A stretch of 64,000 bases of DNA, from NCBI GenBank assembly GCA_022842885.1, contig JALHOR010000015.1:2219-66218 (forward strand). Direction: 5' to 3'. Positions 44,504 to 53,293 of the stretch are shown here, piece after piece; position 1 is the first letter of the stretch, and every line of letters begins with the position of its first letter. The position numbers and the translations under genes are program-made. The stretch is from Anaerolineae bacterium (GTDB taxonomy: Bacteria > Chloroflexota > Anaerolineae > Aggregatilineales > Phototrophicaceae). Below the pieces are notes generated by a model that was not told the origin of the DNA, searched no databases, and saw only the letters and a list, made by a program, of their open reading frames with translations.

Positions 44504-45343
44504 CTATAATTGATAAAACGCCTTCGCATTCTCATAAAAAATCTGGCGCTGTTCATCGGGTGATAATGCTGCCACAAACTGGCGCACAATGCCCACCCAT
44601 TCTGGATAAGTGGCGTGTGCCAACCGCAGCACGGGCGAATCGCTGCCGAACATGACGCGCCCACTGCCAAACGCATCCAACGTTATTTCCAGATAAGGCT
44701 GCAAATCGGCGGGTGTCCACGCTTCTAAATTCGCTTCTGTGACCATGCCAGAAATTTTGCACCATGTATTGGGGAATGCCGAAAGCGCGTTGATATGCTT
44801 GCGCCAAGGGTCTAACACACCACTTTTGATGTCCGGCTTGCCAATATGGTCTAACACAAAGCGCACCTGCGGGCAGCGTTTCACCAAGTCTAAAGTTTCA
44901 GGAAATTGCAAATGATTGATGCAAATATCAAAGCTGAAATTGTACTGCGCCAATAACTGCACACCTTTGATAAAATCAGGTTGTATCCCAAATCCGGCGG
45001 CTTCCCCTTGAATTAGGCGGCGTACACCGCGCACCGCTGCAACATCACGCAGCCGTTCCAAAAGCCCATGAGTGCCTTCGCCTGTTTCTAATGGCGCAAA
45101 TGCCACAATGCCCGCAATGCGCCCGTCATTATCCGCCAGCGATGTCACCCAGAGAGCTTCTTCCAGCCCTTGTTCTGGCAAACACCCCGCCTGCACAAAG
45201 ACCATTTTCTCCACTGACCAATCCTCGCCATCCTGCACATGGTCAGGCAAGATGAGATGATTGAGCGTGGGTAAACCATCCAACCAAGGATAGCGTAGAT
45301 ACTGCGGATTCCAGAAATGCACATGGCTATCTATGAGTTTCAT
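44504..45343 (-). CDS. Amidohydrolase_2 family protein (L-fucono-1,5-lactonase-like)
   Basis: MKLIDSHVHFWNPQYLRYPWL N-terminus, typical of the COG3618 sugar lactonases. FVLDHIGKP and MFGSDSPV motifs. Confidence 0.75.
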   Translation of the reverse strand: MKLIDSHVHFWNPQYLRYPWLDGLPTLNHLILPDHVQDGEDWSVEKMVFVQAGCLPEQGLEEALWVTSLADNDGRIAGIVAFAPLETGEGTHGLLERLRDVAAVRGVRRLIQGEAAGFGIQPDFIKGVQLLAQYNFSFDICINHLQFPETLDLVKRCPQVRFVLDHIGKPDIKSGVLDPWRKHINALSAFPNTWCKISGMVTEANLEAWTPADLQPYLEITLDAFGSGRVMFGSDSPVLRLAHATYPEWVGIVRQFVAALSPDEQRQIFYENAKAFYQL

Positions 45344-45377
45344 CCGGCAGTGTTCGCCTTTTCACCATAAAATTATT

Positions 45378-45427
45378 TTTGAACCACTGAGACACCGAGA
45401 ACACAAAGATTTTCACTGAGAAATAAG
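45378..45427 (+). repeat. TTTGAACCAC..GAGAAATAAG unit (copy 2)
   Basis: tttgaaccactgagacaccgagaacacaaagattttcactgagaaataag. Compare with 11861-11909. Confidence 0.85.
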
Positions 45428-45448
45428 CAACAAGAGAAAGACTGATCC

Positions 45449-45537
45449 CTCAAGTTCAAAATGAGTGATTTTCGGTAGGGTCGAGGCATGCCTCGACCCT
45501 ATAACAACGCGCTTTTCACGCAATCTGGACATGAGCC
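45449..45537 (-). repeat. ~90-bp composite palindromic element, inverted copy, lying between the two units of another repeat
   Basis: ctcaagttcaaaatgag..gtagggtcgaggcatgcctcgacccta..cacgcaatctggacatgagcc is the reverse complement of the 2988 / 53294 consensus. Confidence 0.9.
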
Positions 45538-45539
45538 AA

Positions 45540-45564
45540 AGCTGATAGCTGACCGCTGAAAGCT
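45540..45564 (+). repeat. AGCTGATAGCTGACCGCTGAAAGCT unit (copy 2)
   Basis: One mismatch to 11916-11940. Looser relatives at 40571-40603 (inverted) and 55103-55131. Confidence 0.85.
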
Positions 45565-45573
45565 ATAAACGTT

Positions 45574-46605
45574 TTAGCCCTTCACCGCGCCCACCAAAAT
45601 CCCACGAGCAATATAGCGTTCCAAAATCACTGCCAGCACCACAATCGGCGTAATCATCATCAACACCAACACCGAAATATTCCACCATTGCGGGCCCCGC
45701 GTAGCATTTTGCGCGGCAACTAGCAAAGGCATTGTTTGCGTCTCTGCGCCCGTCAGGAATAATGCCATTGTATATTCATTCCACGCGAAGACCAGCACAA
45801 TCAAAAATGTCGCAATCAGCCCCGGCGTAGACAGCGGCAAAATAATCCGCCATAACACCTGATAACGATTCGCGCCATCAATGAAAGCACTTTCTTCCAG
45901 TTCTATCGGGATACCCTGAAAATAATCGCGCAAGAACCACACAGCTAACGGCAGATGCGCCGCTGTGTAAGCAATAACCAATGCGGCATGGGTATTGAGC
46001 AAACCAAATTGCTGGAACATGATATAAATTGGGATAATCACGGCGACTGGCGGTAACATACGCTGCGAAATCAGCCAGAAAGCAATATCGCTGTTGCCCA
46101 ACGCCGCCGAAAACCGCCGCCCGACACTCTGCGCTAATAATGCATACACGGCAATCGCCGCCACGACCGAGAGTTGCCAAGGCACGCCCAAGCCCGTAAT
46201 CAGCACTGTCAGCAGCACACACACAATAAACAAGCCAATCAGTGCCAATTTGGGACGATAATCAAACCGCGCCAAGGCATACGATGCCGCTGCCCCTAAA
46301 ACCAACGAGCCTAACGCGCTGGCAATGCCCACCCCAATCGTATTGATGTATGGACGGCGCACAAAATTTTCGCCGCTTTCTACCAACAAATAATTCCACG
46401 CATCCATCACAGGTTGATAATCCACAAAGGGGATATACGCGGGACCATCATTCACATCGGCGGGCAGTTTAAACGCTGTCACCGCCAACCAATACAACGG
46501 GAACAGCACCACAAACGCCCAAAACCCAAGCAGCACATACGAAATCGCCATCCAAATGGGCGACGGGCGAAACGGATTAGAGGAGGTCAATAAACGCCGT
46601 ATCAT
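45574..46605 (-). CDS. CUT1-type sugar ABC transporter permease (MalG-like) with an extra TM hairpin
   Basis: EAA loop ELEESAFIDGANRYQVLWRIILPLSTPG. About 60 extra hydrophobic residues after TM2 (LALIGLFIVCVLLTVLITGLGVPWQLSVVAAIAVYALLA). Confidence 0.85.
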   Translation of the reverse strand: MIRRLLTSSNPFRPSPIWMAISYVLLGFWAFVVLFPLYWLAVTAFKLPADVNDGPAYIPFVDYQPVMDAWNYLLVESGENFVRRPYINTIGVGIASALGSLVLGAAASYALARFDYRPKLALIGLFIVCVLLTVLITGLGVPWQLSVVAAIAVYALLAQSVGRRFSAALGNSDIAFWLISQRMLPPVAVIIPIYIMFQQFGLLNTHAALVIAYTAAHLPLAVWFLRDYFQGIPIELEESAFIDGANRYQVLWRIILPLSTPGLIATFLIVLVFAWNEYTMALFLTGAETQTMPLLVAAQNATRGPQWWNISVLVLMMITPIVVLAVILERYIARGILVGAVKG

Positions 46606-46606
46606 T

Positions 46607-47926
46607 TTATTTCACCCAATCCAATAAACGCCGCCGGATAAAATTCACGAAGACGATGGCACAAAAAGTCGCCACAATCAACAAAATATACGCCAATGCC
46701 GCCGACCCGCCCAAATCGCCAGAACGCCACCCGACATACGCCTGCAAGGTCAGCGTCTCGGTGGCTGTGCCGGGACCGCCGCCCGTTAGAATATTGGGCA
46801 TGTCAATCAATTTGAAAGACTCAATCAAGCGAATGAGAATCACGGTGGTGCTAACCGGGATAATTTCTGGCAAAATCAAGTAACGAAACATCTGAAAGCG
46901 ATTCGCGCCATCCACCAGCGCCGCTTCGATCGTCTCTTTAGAAACACCTTCTAGCGCCGCCAACAAAATGATGAACACAAACGGCGTCCATTGCCAAGTA
47001 TCGCCAATGATGACCGCTAATCGGGCAGTATCGCCCTGCCCCAACATGGCAAAATCGCCCAATCCGGCAGCAATCCATACGGGCGAAAAGGGGCCCTTGA
47101 GCGTATCCGTCATCATCTTGAACAAGAAACCGATGCCCACTGGGGTAATCATCATCGGCAGCAAAAACACCACCCGGAAAAAACGTTTGCCGGGTAAATT
47201 TTGCGTCAACAGTAACCCCAGCCCCAACCCTAAGAAGTATTGCAGCGCCACCCCACCCAAGACAAACATCAAGGTCACGCTGAGGGTGCCGGGCAAACCA
47301 ATCGCGTTAGGCAGTATCAACACTGATTGCAACCGTGCCGAAAGCCAGATGATGATACCTGCGCCCACAATGACCCCAAGCGGGTGATAATAAGCCGTTT
47401 TGGTATATAAAAACAGCGCATAAAATAGAATGGCAATGCACAGCACCCACAATATCCAGCCTGCCAACGTCAGCGATGCCAAGAGCATCAGCAGCAGCGC
47501 CCCGGCAAAAATCATCGCCACAATCCGCATGATGAAACCAAAAATACGGAAGCGGTCACTGCGAACATAGCGATACATGAGATACACCATGCCGCCGATA
47601 GCCAGTGCCATCACCAGCATATCCAACGGCGTCAGGGGTGCAAATTTGCCGAGCAAGTGCCGTTGTTCGCTGCCAAAAAATAATTTGTTGTAGTTCGCAA
47701 AACCAATAAATGTAATTTCAAAACCGCCGCGCACAAATTTAAACCGTGAAAAAGACAAATACAACGACACCAACAGCGGGAAAATCGCCATCACCAGCAC
47801 AATCAACACCGCTGGCGCAATCAATACATAGCGTGCTGAATTATCCAACCATGAGGTGGGAATGCCGGATGTGCGTTTTTTCTTGGTTGGTTGACCGGGG
47901 ATAGCCAATTGATTTTCGAGTTCCAC
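46607..47926 (-). CDS. CUT1-type sugar ABC transporter permease (MalF-like) with about four extra TM helices
   Basis: EAA loop ETIEAALVDGANRFQMFRYLILPEI. I prefer the GTG at 47926 (GGAG 7 nt upstream) over the track's TTG at 47962. There is a hydrophobic insert of about 130 aa between TM1 and the canonical TM2. Confidence 0.8.
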   Translation of the reverse strand: MELENQLAIPGQPTKKKRTSGIPTSWLDNSARYVLIAPAVLIVLVMAIFPLLVSLYLSFSRFKFVRGGFEITFIGFANYNKLFFGSEQRHLLGKFAPLTPLDMLVMALAIGGMVYLMYRYVRSDRFRIFGFIMRIVAMIFAGALLLMLLASLTLAGWILWVLCIAILFYALFLYTKTAYYHPLGVIVGAGIIIWLSARLQSVLILPNAIGLPGTLSVTLMFVLGGVALQYFLGLGLGLLLTQNLPGKRFFRVVFLLPMMITPVGIGFLFKMMTDTLKGPFSPVWIAAGLGDFAMLGQGDTARLAVIIGDTWQWTPFVFIILLAALEGVSKETIEAALVDGANRFQMFRYLILPEIIPVSTTVILIRLIESFKLIDMPNILTGGGPGTATETLTLQAYVGWRSGDLGGSAALAYILLIVATFCAIVFVNFIRRRLLDWVK

Positions 47927-48003
47927 AATGCAACTCCGGGGACAAAAGACGCCCGGCGGCAAGACGCCGCCGGTGCATCTCAGTTCAAATTGAGGTTAAA
48001 AGT

Positions 48004-49494
48004 TTAGTTGCCGCCCTGAGTACCGAGCGTATTCAGATACGCTGCCAATTGGTCTTCGCGTCCGAGTTCGTCGCTGATTTCGTTCCAACGGGCTTCGATT
48101 TCGGCGGCGGCTTCGGCGGCAGTTAATTCATCTGCCAAGAAGCGGCTCAGAACTTCGTCCAAGACCACACCCTGATAGCGTTGATTTTGCGGGATACGCA
48201 GGTCAAGCACCATGTTCGGGCTGTTCAGGCTGGCTTCAATCGCGCCCAAATACACCGCAGCCGATTCTTCGCTGAAGCCACCTGCCAACCAAGCAGTGTT
48301 GTCTTCAAATTGCGAAATACGATAGGGGTTGAAGCCTGTCGCACCGATGGTCACATCCACATTGGCTTGTGCGGGCTGCGCCATATAGGAGAAATAGGCA
48401 TAAGCAGCATCTTTGGCAAGTTGGTCAATCTGGCTGCTGACGCCGCCCGACCAACCACCGAAAGCAGCAAACGGGGCATGATTCACACCGTCAATGGCAT
48501 TCGGGCAAGTTTCGGCAGAGCATTCAACCAGTTCACCCGTTGCACGATCCAGCACCATCGTCGAGCCGGGGCTAATGACAGCACCAGTCAAACCATTGAC
48601 CTGCGAGCCTTCTGCCACTGCCAACGAGCCAATATCGCCCCAGTCGAGCGTCAAGGCGCAGCGACCAGAAGTCCACATACCGCGAGTGTCACCTACGCCC
48701 ATCGCCAATTCATCCGGCGAGCCGTATTGGTTGGTTTCTTTGTAAATTTCCAACGCACGGATAAACCCGGCATTGTTCACCAACGGGTTAAAGGTTTCGG
48801 CATCAAAGAATGCGCCCTGCGAAGTGCCTTGCGTCTGGATGAACGGCGCAGCAATGGAGGTAATCCACCAATAGCCTTGTTCGCCGCGTTTCTTGGCAAT
48901 GCAGGAGCCGAAATCGCCTTCACCATCGCCGTTCATGTCCATGCCATTGGCGGCGGCGGCAACAGCTAAATATTCGTCCCATGTTGTAGGGGGTTCCATG
49001 CCGATTTGTTCCAAGACATCAGTACGATAATAAACCATATGGAAGTCACCATCCAACGGAATCGTGTAGATGCTGCCACCAAAGCTGGCGCTAAATTCAC
49101 GGAAGAACTGTCCCACATCTTCCCATTGCAAATCGGCATCGGCTTCAACGTAAGGAGTCAAATCTTCCAGATAGCCCGGCACGACATAATCTACCATCCA
49201 CTGCGGTGCGAAGACAAATGCTTCGTAGCTGAGGGTGCCAGTGGCTTGGTCAGTCAAAATAGTCTGATATAAATCAGAAAATGGCACAGTAACAACATTA
49301 ATTTTTGCGCCCGTCAGAGCCTCAAAATCGGGAGCGCGGCGTTGCAGTGGTTCGGCAATTTGCGGACCCGTGAAGGTCAACACATCAAGTTCCACCCCGG
49401 CGAAGGGCAGGTCTTGCGCGGTGACAAAGCTGGAGAAACTCAGCAATGCCAGTAGCCCTACGACGAATAACAACAATGTTTTGCGTGTGGTCAT
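48004..49494 (-). CDS. Extracellular solute-binding protein, family 1 (sugar ABC)
   Basis: Start at ATG 49494 (GGAG upstream) gives the signal peptide MTTRKTLLLFVVGLLALLSFSSFVTAQD. The upstream 26 codons in the track lack any signal-peptide or SD logic. Confidence 0.85.
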   Translation of the reverse strand: MTTRKTLLLFVVGLLALLSFSSFVTAQDLPFAGVELDVLTFTGPQIAEPLQRRAPDFEALTGAKINVVTVPFSDLYQTILTDQATGTLSYEAFVFAPQWMVDYVVPGYLEDLTPYVEADADLQWEDVGQFFREFSASFGGSIYTIPLDGDFHMVYYRTDVLEQIGMEPPTTWDEYLAVAAAANGMDMNGDGEGDFGSCIAKKRGEQGYWWITSIAAPFIQTQGTSQGAFFDAETFNPLVNNAGFIRALEIYKETNQYGSPDELAMGVGDTRGMWTSGRCALTLDWGDIGSLAVAEGSQVNGLTGAVISPGSTMVLDRATGELVECSAETCPNAIDGVNHAPFAAFGGWSGGVSSQIDQLAKDAAYAYFSYMAQPAQANVDVTIGATGFNPYRISQFEDNTAWLAGGFSEESAAVYLGAIEASLNSPNMVLDLRIPQNQRYQGVVLDEVLSRFLADELTAAEAAAEIEARWNEISDELGREDQLAAYLNTLGTQGGN

Positions 49495-49596
49495 AAATTT
49501 AAGCTCCTGAAAAAATAATTGGAACAAAAGGGTATTTCCTCTCCAACTGGCGGCGGCGGGTTTTATCCACAATTGCCTGCCGTTTTATCGGAAATG

Positions 49597-49620
49597 TGTT
49601 ACAATATGGTATCGGTACCA
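49597..49620 (+). promoter_or_regulatory. Candidate extended -10 (TGtTACAAT) overlapping a LacI-type operator TGGTATCGGTACCA
   Basis: 14-bp dyad with a central CG at 49607-49620 (half-sites TGGTAT / TGGTAC). It sits in the divergent spacer between the SBP operon and the LacI gene. TGTTACAAT is at 49597-49605. Confidence 0.55.
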
Positions 49621-49715
49621 TAGTGGTGATTATAACGAGTCAAAAATCAAATTGTCAAATTTCTCATTGCCTTTTTAGGTAATCAGAATCATTTCCACTG
49701 GTTATTGAGGTTTTC

Positions 49716-50720
49716 ATGCCGACGATTCGGGATGTCGCCCGCCGCGCCGGGGTTGCGCCGATTACGGTGTCGAGGGTCATTAACAACACAGGCTATATCA
49801 GCGATGAAACACGCCAGCGCGTGGAGGTGGCAATTGCTGAATTGCATTATCTCCCCAACACCCTCTCGCGCAGTTTACGCTTCAAAAAAACTAACATGAT
49901 TGCTTTGGTCGTCTCGGATATTACCAATCCCTTTTGGACGACGCTGACGCGCGGTGTGGAAGATGCCAGCAGCGAAGAAGATTTTAATGTGATTTTGTGC
50001 AACACCGATGAAAAACCAGAGAAGCAGCATAACTATGTCAAACTCTTGTTGCAGCGGCAGACGGATGGTATTCTGCTCGTCCCGGCGGATAATACGACTG
50101 AATTGGTCGAGATGATTCAAAATCAGAATGTACCGGTGGTCATCGTAGACCGTCCCTTGCCCAATACCCAAGTGGATGTCGTTCACAGTGATTCAACAGG
50201 TGGGGCGTATCGGTTGACGCAACATCTGATTGAACAGGGGCATCGGCAAATTGCGCTCTTGGCAGGACGCCAAGAAATTGCGACCAGTCAAGAACGTGCT
50301 GCCGGGTATCGGCAGGCATTGGTCGAAAATAAAATTCCAGTAGATGAGTCGCTGATTTATTTTGGCAGTTATAATCAGCCATCGGGTTATGCGATGGCGA
50401 TGACGGTATTCAACCATCATCACCCCCGCCCGACAGCGTTATTCGCAGGTAACAATTTTATCGCGTTAGGCATCTTGCAAGCGATCTATGAATGTGGGTT
50501 GCGCGTGCCAGAGGATATTTCGATTGTCAGTTTTGACGATTTGCCCTACAGCCTGCCACAGCCGTTTTTAACCGTCGTTGCCCAATCACCCTATCAATTG
50601 GGGCTGCAAGCGGCACGCTTATTGTTAAGCCGCATCACGGGTTATTATAATGGCGCACCGCGCGAAGTCGTTTTGCCTGTCGAATTGATTGTGCGCGATT
50701 CATGCCGGAAAATAGAGTAG
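49716..50720 (+). CDS. LacI-family transcriptional regulator
   Basis: MPTIRDVARRAGVAPITVSRVINNTGYISDETRQRVEVAIAELHYLPN HTH followed by a periplasmic-binding fold. GAGG SD. Confidence 0.9.
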   Translation: MPTIRDVARRAGVAPITVSRVINNTGYISDETRQRVEVAIAELHYLPNTLSRSLRFKKTNMIALVVSDITNPFWTTLTRGVEDASSEEDFNVILCNTDEKPEKQHNYVKLLLQRQTDGILLVPADNTTELVEMIQNQNVPVVIVDRPLPNTQVDVVHSDSTGGAYRLTQHLIEQGHRQIALLAGRQEIATSQERAAGYRQALVENKIPVDESLIYFGSYNQPSGYAMAMTVFNHHHPRPTALFAGNNFIALGILQAIYECGLRVPEDISIVSFDDLPYSLPQPFLTVVAQSPYQLGLQAARLLLSRITGYYNGAPREVVLPVELIVRDSCRKIE

Positions 50721-50839
50721 GAAGTACATAGTTAAAAGTACAAAGTTAAAAGTCGAAAAAACATATGTAGGGACTACTTAGGATGGCGAATTTTCACCCG
50801 AAAAACGATTAAAAATCTATCCGAAAAAGAAAATTTTCC

Positions 50840-50865
50840 GTAGGGTCGAGGCATGCCTCGACCCT
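50840..50865. repeat. Core-only copy of the GTAGGGTCGAGGCATGCCTCGACCCT palindrome
   Basis: Identical core to 45475-45501 and 53329-53356. Confidence 0.85.
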
Positions 50866-50903
50866 GCCACAAGAATTTACGAATAGATATTTCAGAGGCA
50901 AAT

Positions 50904-51494
50904 ATGGATACCTTCGCTGAAAAAATCGGTATGGCGCTCGATACCTTTCTGGAAGAACAGGCAATCCAGCCCTTTGAACTCATCCATGGGGAGAAAATCA
51001 TTCGTATAGCAACCGTCTTTGGGCATAGCGAAGTATTGCAAGCCTTGTTCCTAGCGATTTATTTGCATCTCATGACCCACAAAATCAGCGGCAATGCCTA
51101 TACCGAAACCACCTATATTTTGCCCGGCGCTTATAGCAATAAATGGGTCGAAAATTCGCGCATCCCGGATGTGATGTATTATGCGCCGGGGCGTATCGCT
51201 GCTTATAAAGCCGCTGAGACCGATGCTGCCAATCGTCCATTAGAACTCGTGCCGGATTTTGTGGCAGAAGTTATTTCACCCAATGACCGCTACAGCCAAA
51301 TGGATGAAAAAGTAGATATTTATTTGCAAGATGGGGTACGCTTGGTCGTGTTAGTAGACCCGCAGCGGCGCAAAGTAACGTGTTACGCGCCAGATTTTGA
51401 GCAACCTATCGTTCTCAAAGAGGAAGCCATTCTTAATCTGAGCAATGTGATACCCAATTTGCAGATTCCAGTAGCAACACTTTTTGAGAGCTAA
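50904..51494 (+). CDS. Uma2-family (DUF820) PD-(D/E)xK putative endonuclease
   Basis: IPDVMYY...LVPDFVAEVISPNDRYSQMDEKVDIYLQDGVRLVVLVDP is the Uma2 signature. Start moved to ATG 50904 (AGAGG SD), because the track's start lies inside the palindromic repeat. Confidence 0.8.
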   Translation: MDTFAEKIGMALDTFLEEQAIQPFELIHGEKIIRIATVFGHSEVLQALFLAIYLHLMTHKISGNAYTETTYILPGAYSNKWVENSRIPDVMYYAPGRIAAYKAAETDAANRPLELVPDFVAEVISPNDRYSQMDEKVDIYLQDGVRLVVLVDPQRRKVTCYAPDFEQPIVLKEEAILNLSNVIPNLQIPVATLFES

Positions 51495-51522
51495 GAAAGT
51501 ATTTTTGCTCAAATTCAAAACG

Positions 51523-51563
51523 AGTGAAAATCTCGGTGATCTCGGTGTCTCTGTGGTTCAAAA
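51523..51563 (-). repeat. Inverted copy of the TTTGAACCAC..CACTG unit
   Basis: agtgaaaatctcggtgatctcggtgtctctgtggttcaaaa. Confidence 0.8.
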
Positions 51564-51631
51564 TTATGATTAATTACAAATCTAATACAGTCGCTAATGA
51601 GTTATCTTTTCTCACATAAGGAGCTATTTTT

Positions 51632-53293
51632 ATGCCCGTTTCGTATACCCTCCCCGATATTCATTACCCAGACCCTGTGCCGGATAACGAAGCCATCTTG
51701 ATTGCCAGCGGCGATTTGCGCTTGTCTGCCAATCAGGTGTGTTGGGCGGCACAAGTTGCCATGGAAAAACAAGTGACAGATGCTTTTGCCAAAGAGGGCA
51801 TCATCGTTCGGCGTGGGCATCCCTATGACCCGGAACTAAAACATGGCTTCATCTGGAATCAGCGCATGGGCATGGATGTGTTTAAGACGATTCATCCCGA
51901 TGCCAAATTAATTGTGGCAGAAGCCGTCTGGCAGTACAGCCATCATGTGCTTGCCGGGTTACGCAATCATCGCGGTCCCATTCTGACCGTGGCCAATTGG
52001 AGTGGGCAATGGCCCGGGCTGGTTGGCTTGTTGAACCTCAACGGCTCGCTGACCAAAGCGGGCGTGAAATTCAGCAGCATTTGGAGCGAAAATTTTGACG
52101 ATGCCTATTTCCTGAATGGCATTCGCCAATGGCTAAAAGAGGGCAAAATTACCCACGATATGAGCCATGTACGGGCATTAGAACTGGAAAAATTGCCCAA
52201 TGCGGAAGTGATATTAGGCAGAACCTTGGCGCAGCAGCTTCAGCATGAAAAAGCCATCATCGGCATTTTTGATGAGGGCTGCATGGGCATGTACAACGCC
52301 ATCATTGATGACGAAATGCTGAATCCAACGGGCATTTTTAAAGAACGCCTGAGTCAATCAGCGTTGGTCGCAGCGATGCACACTGTCAGCGATGCCGAAG
52401 CACAAGCCGCCCGCCAATGGTTGGATGAACGTGGCATGACCTTCGTCACGGGCAGCAATGAAGCCACCGATTTGACCGATGCTCAGATTTTACAACAGCT
52501 AAAAATGTATATCGCGTCCGTGCGAATCGCGCATGAATTCGGCTGTGATGCCATCGGCATTCAGTATCAGCAGGGTTTAAAAGATATGACCCCCGCTTCC
52601 GATTTGGTAGAGGGCTTGCTGAACAATGTAGAACGTCCCCCGGTGTATCATGCGCTGACAGGTGATTTATTATATGCCGAAGAAGCATTACCGCATTTTA
52701 ACGAAGTGGACGAAGGCTGTGCGCTTGATGCCATCGTCACCAATCGCGTGTGGACAGCGATGGGTTTTGACCCGGCGACAACCTTGCACGATTTACGCTA
52801 CGGCGAACATTATTCCGGCGATGGTGTGGATGATTATGTCTGGGTATTTTTGATTTCCGGCGCTGCGCCAGCATCGCATTTCATCGGCGGCTATGCGGGT
52901 GCCAGCAGTGAACGCCAACCGGCGATGTATTTCCGGTTGGGCGGCGGCACGCTTAAAGGTATAAGCAAGCCGGGGCATATTGTGTGGAGTCGCGTGTTTG
53001 TGGCAGATGGCAAACTTTACGCCGATATTGGGCTGGCAACCGTGATTGAGCTGCCACAAGCAGAAACAAACCGCCGCTGGCAAAGCACTACGCCGCAGTG
53101 GCCTATCATGCACACGGTTCTACATGGCATCACCCGCGACCAGATGATGGCACGCCACAAAGCCAATCATATTCAGGTGGCGTATGCCCCCACTGCCGTA
53201 GATGCCAGCAATGCCCTTGCCGCCAAAGCTGCCATGTTCGATGCGATGGGGATTCAAGTGCAGTTATGCGGCGATATTCAATTTGAATTTTAA
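51632..53293 (+). CDS. L-fucose-isomerase-family (FucI-like, divergent) sugar isomerase
   Basis: AGGAG SD. The C-terminal region YFRLGGGTLKGISKPGHIVWSRVFV..RRWQSTTPQWPIMHTVLHG..ANHIQVAYA parallels E. coli FucI (YFRGGGYSSRF..TMTRVNI..KRTNSTWPTTWFAPRLTG..ANHGVLTIGH). Confidence 0.65.
   Translation: MPVSYTLPDIHYPDPVPDNEAILIASGDLRLSANQVCWAAQVAMEKQVTDAFAKEGIIVRRGHPYDPELKHGFIWNQRMGMDVFKTIHPDAKLIVAEAVWQYSHHVLAGLRNHRGPILTVANWSGQWPGLVGLLNLNGSLTKAGVKFSSIWSENFDDAYFLNGIRQWLKEGKITHDMSHVRALELEKLPNAEVILGRTLAQQLQHEKAIIGIFDEGCMGMYNAIIDDEMLNPTGIFKERLSQSALVAAMHTVSDAEAQAARQWLDERGMTFVTGSNEATDLTDAQILQQLKMYIASVRIAHEFGCDAIGIQYQQGLKDMTPASDLVEGLLNNVERPPVYHALTGDLLYAEEALPHFNEVDEGCALDAIVTNRVWTAMGFDPATTLHDLRYGEHYSGDGVDDYVWVFLISGAAPASHFIGGYAGASSERQPAMYFRLGGGTLKGISKPGHIVWSRVFVADGKLYADIGLATVIELPQAETNRRWQSTTPQWPIMHTVLHGITRDQMMARHKANHIQVAYAPTAVDASNALAAKAAMFDAMGIQVQLCGDIQFEF

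Noticed and set aside
45574-49494. Missing ABC ATPase genes in all three sugar ABC loci, as a sign of decay
   Set aside because: CUT1-family importers in many Gram-positive-type bacteria share a single unlinked MsiK/MalK-type ATPase, so the absence here is expected.
50904-51494. Uma2 and HNH genes as markers of a mobile element or genomic island
   Set aside because: No integrase, transposase, tRNA target or terminal inverted/direct repeats bound any segment of the window. Uma2 genes are abundant stand-alone genes in these kinds of genomes.
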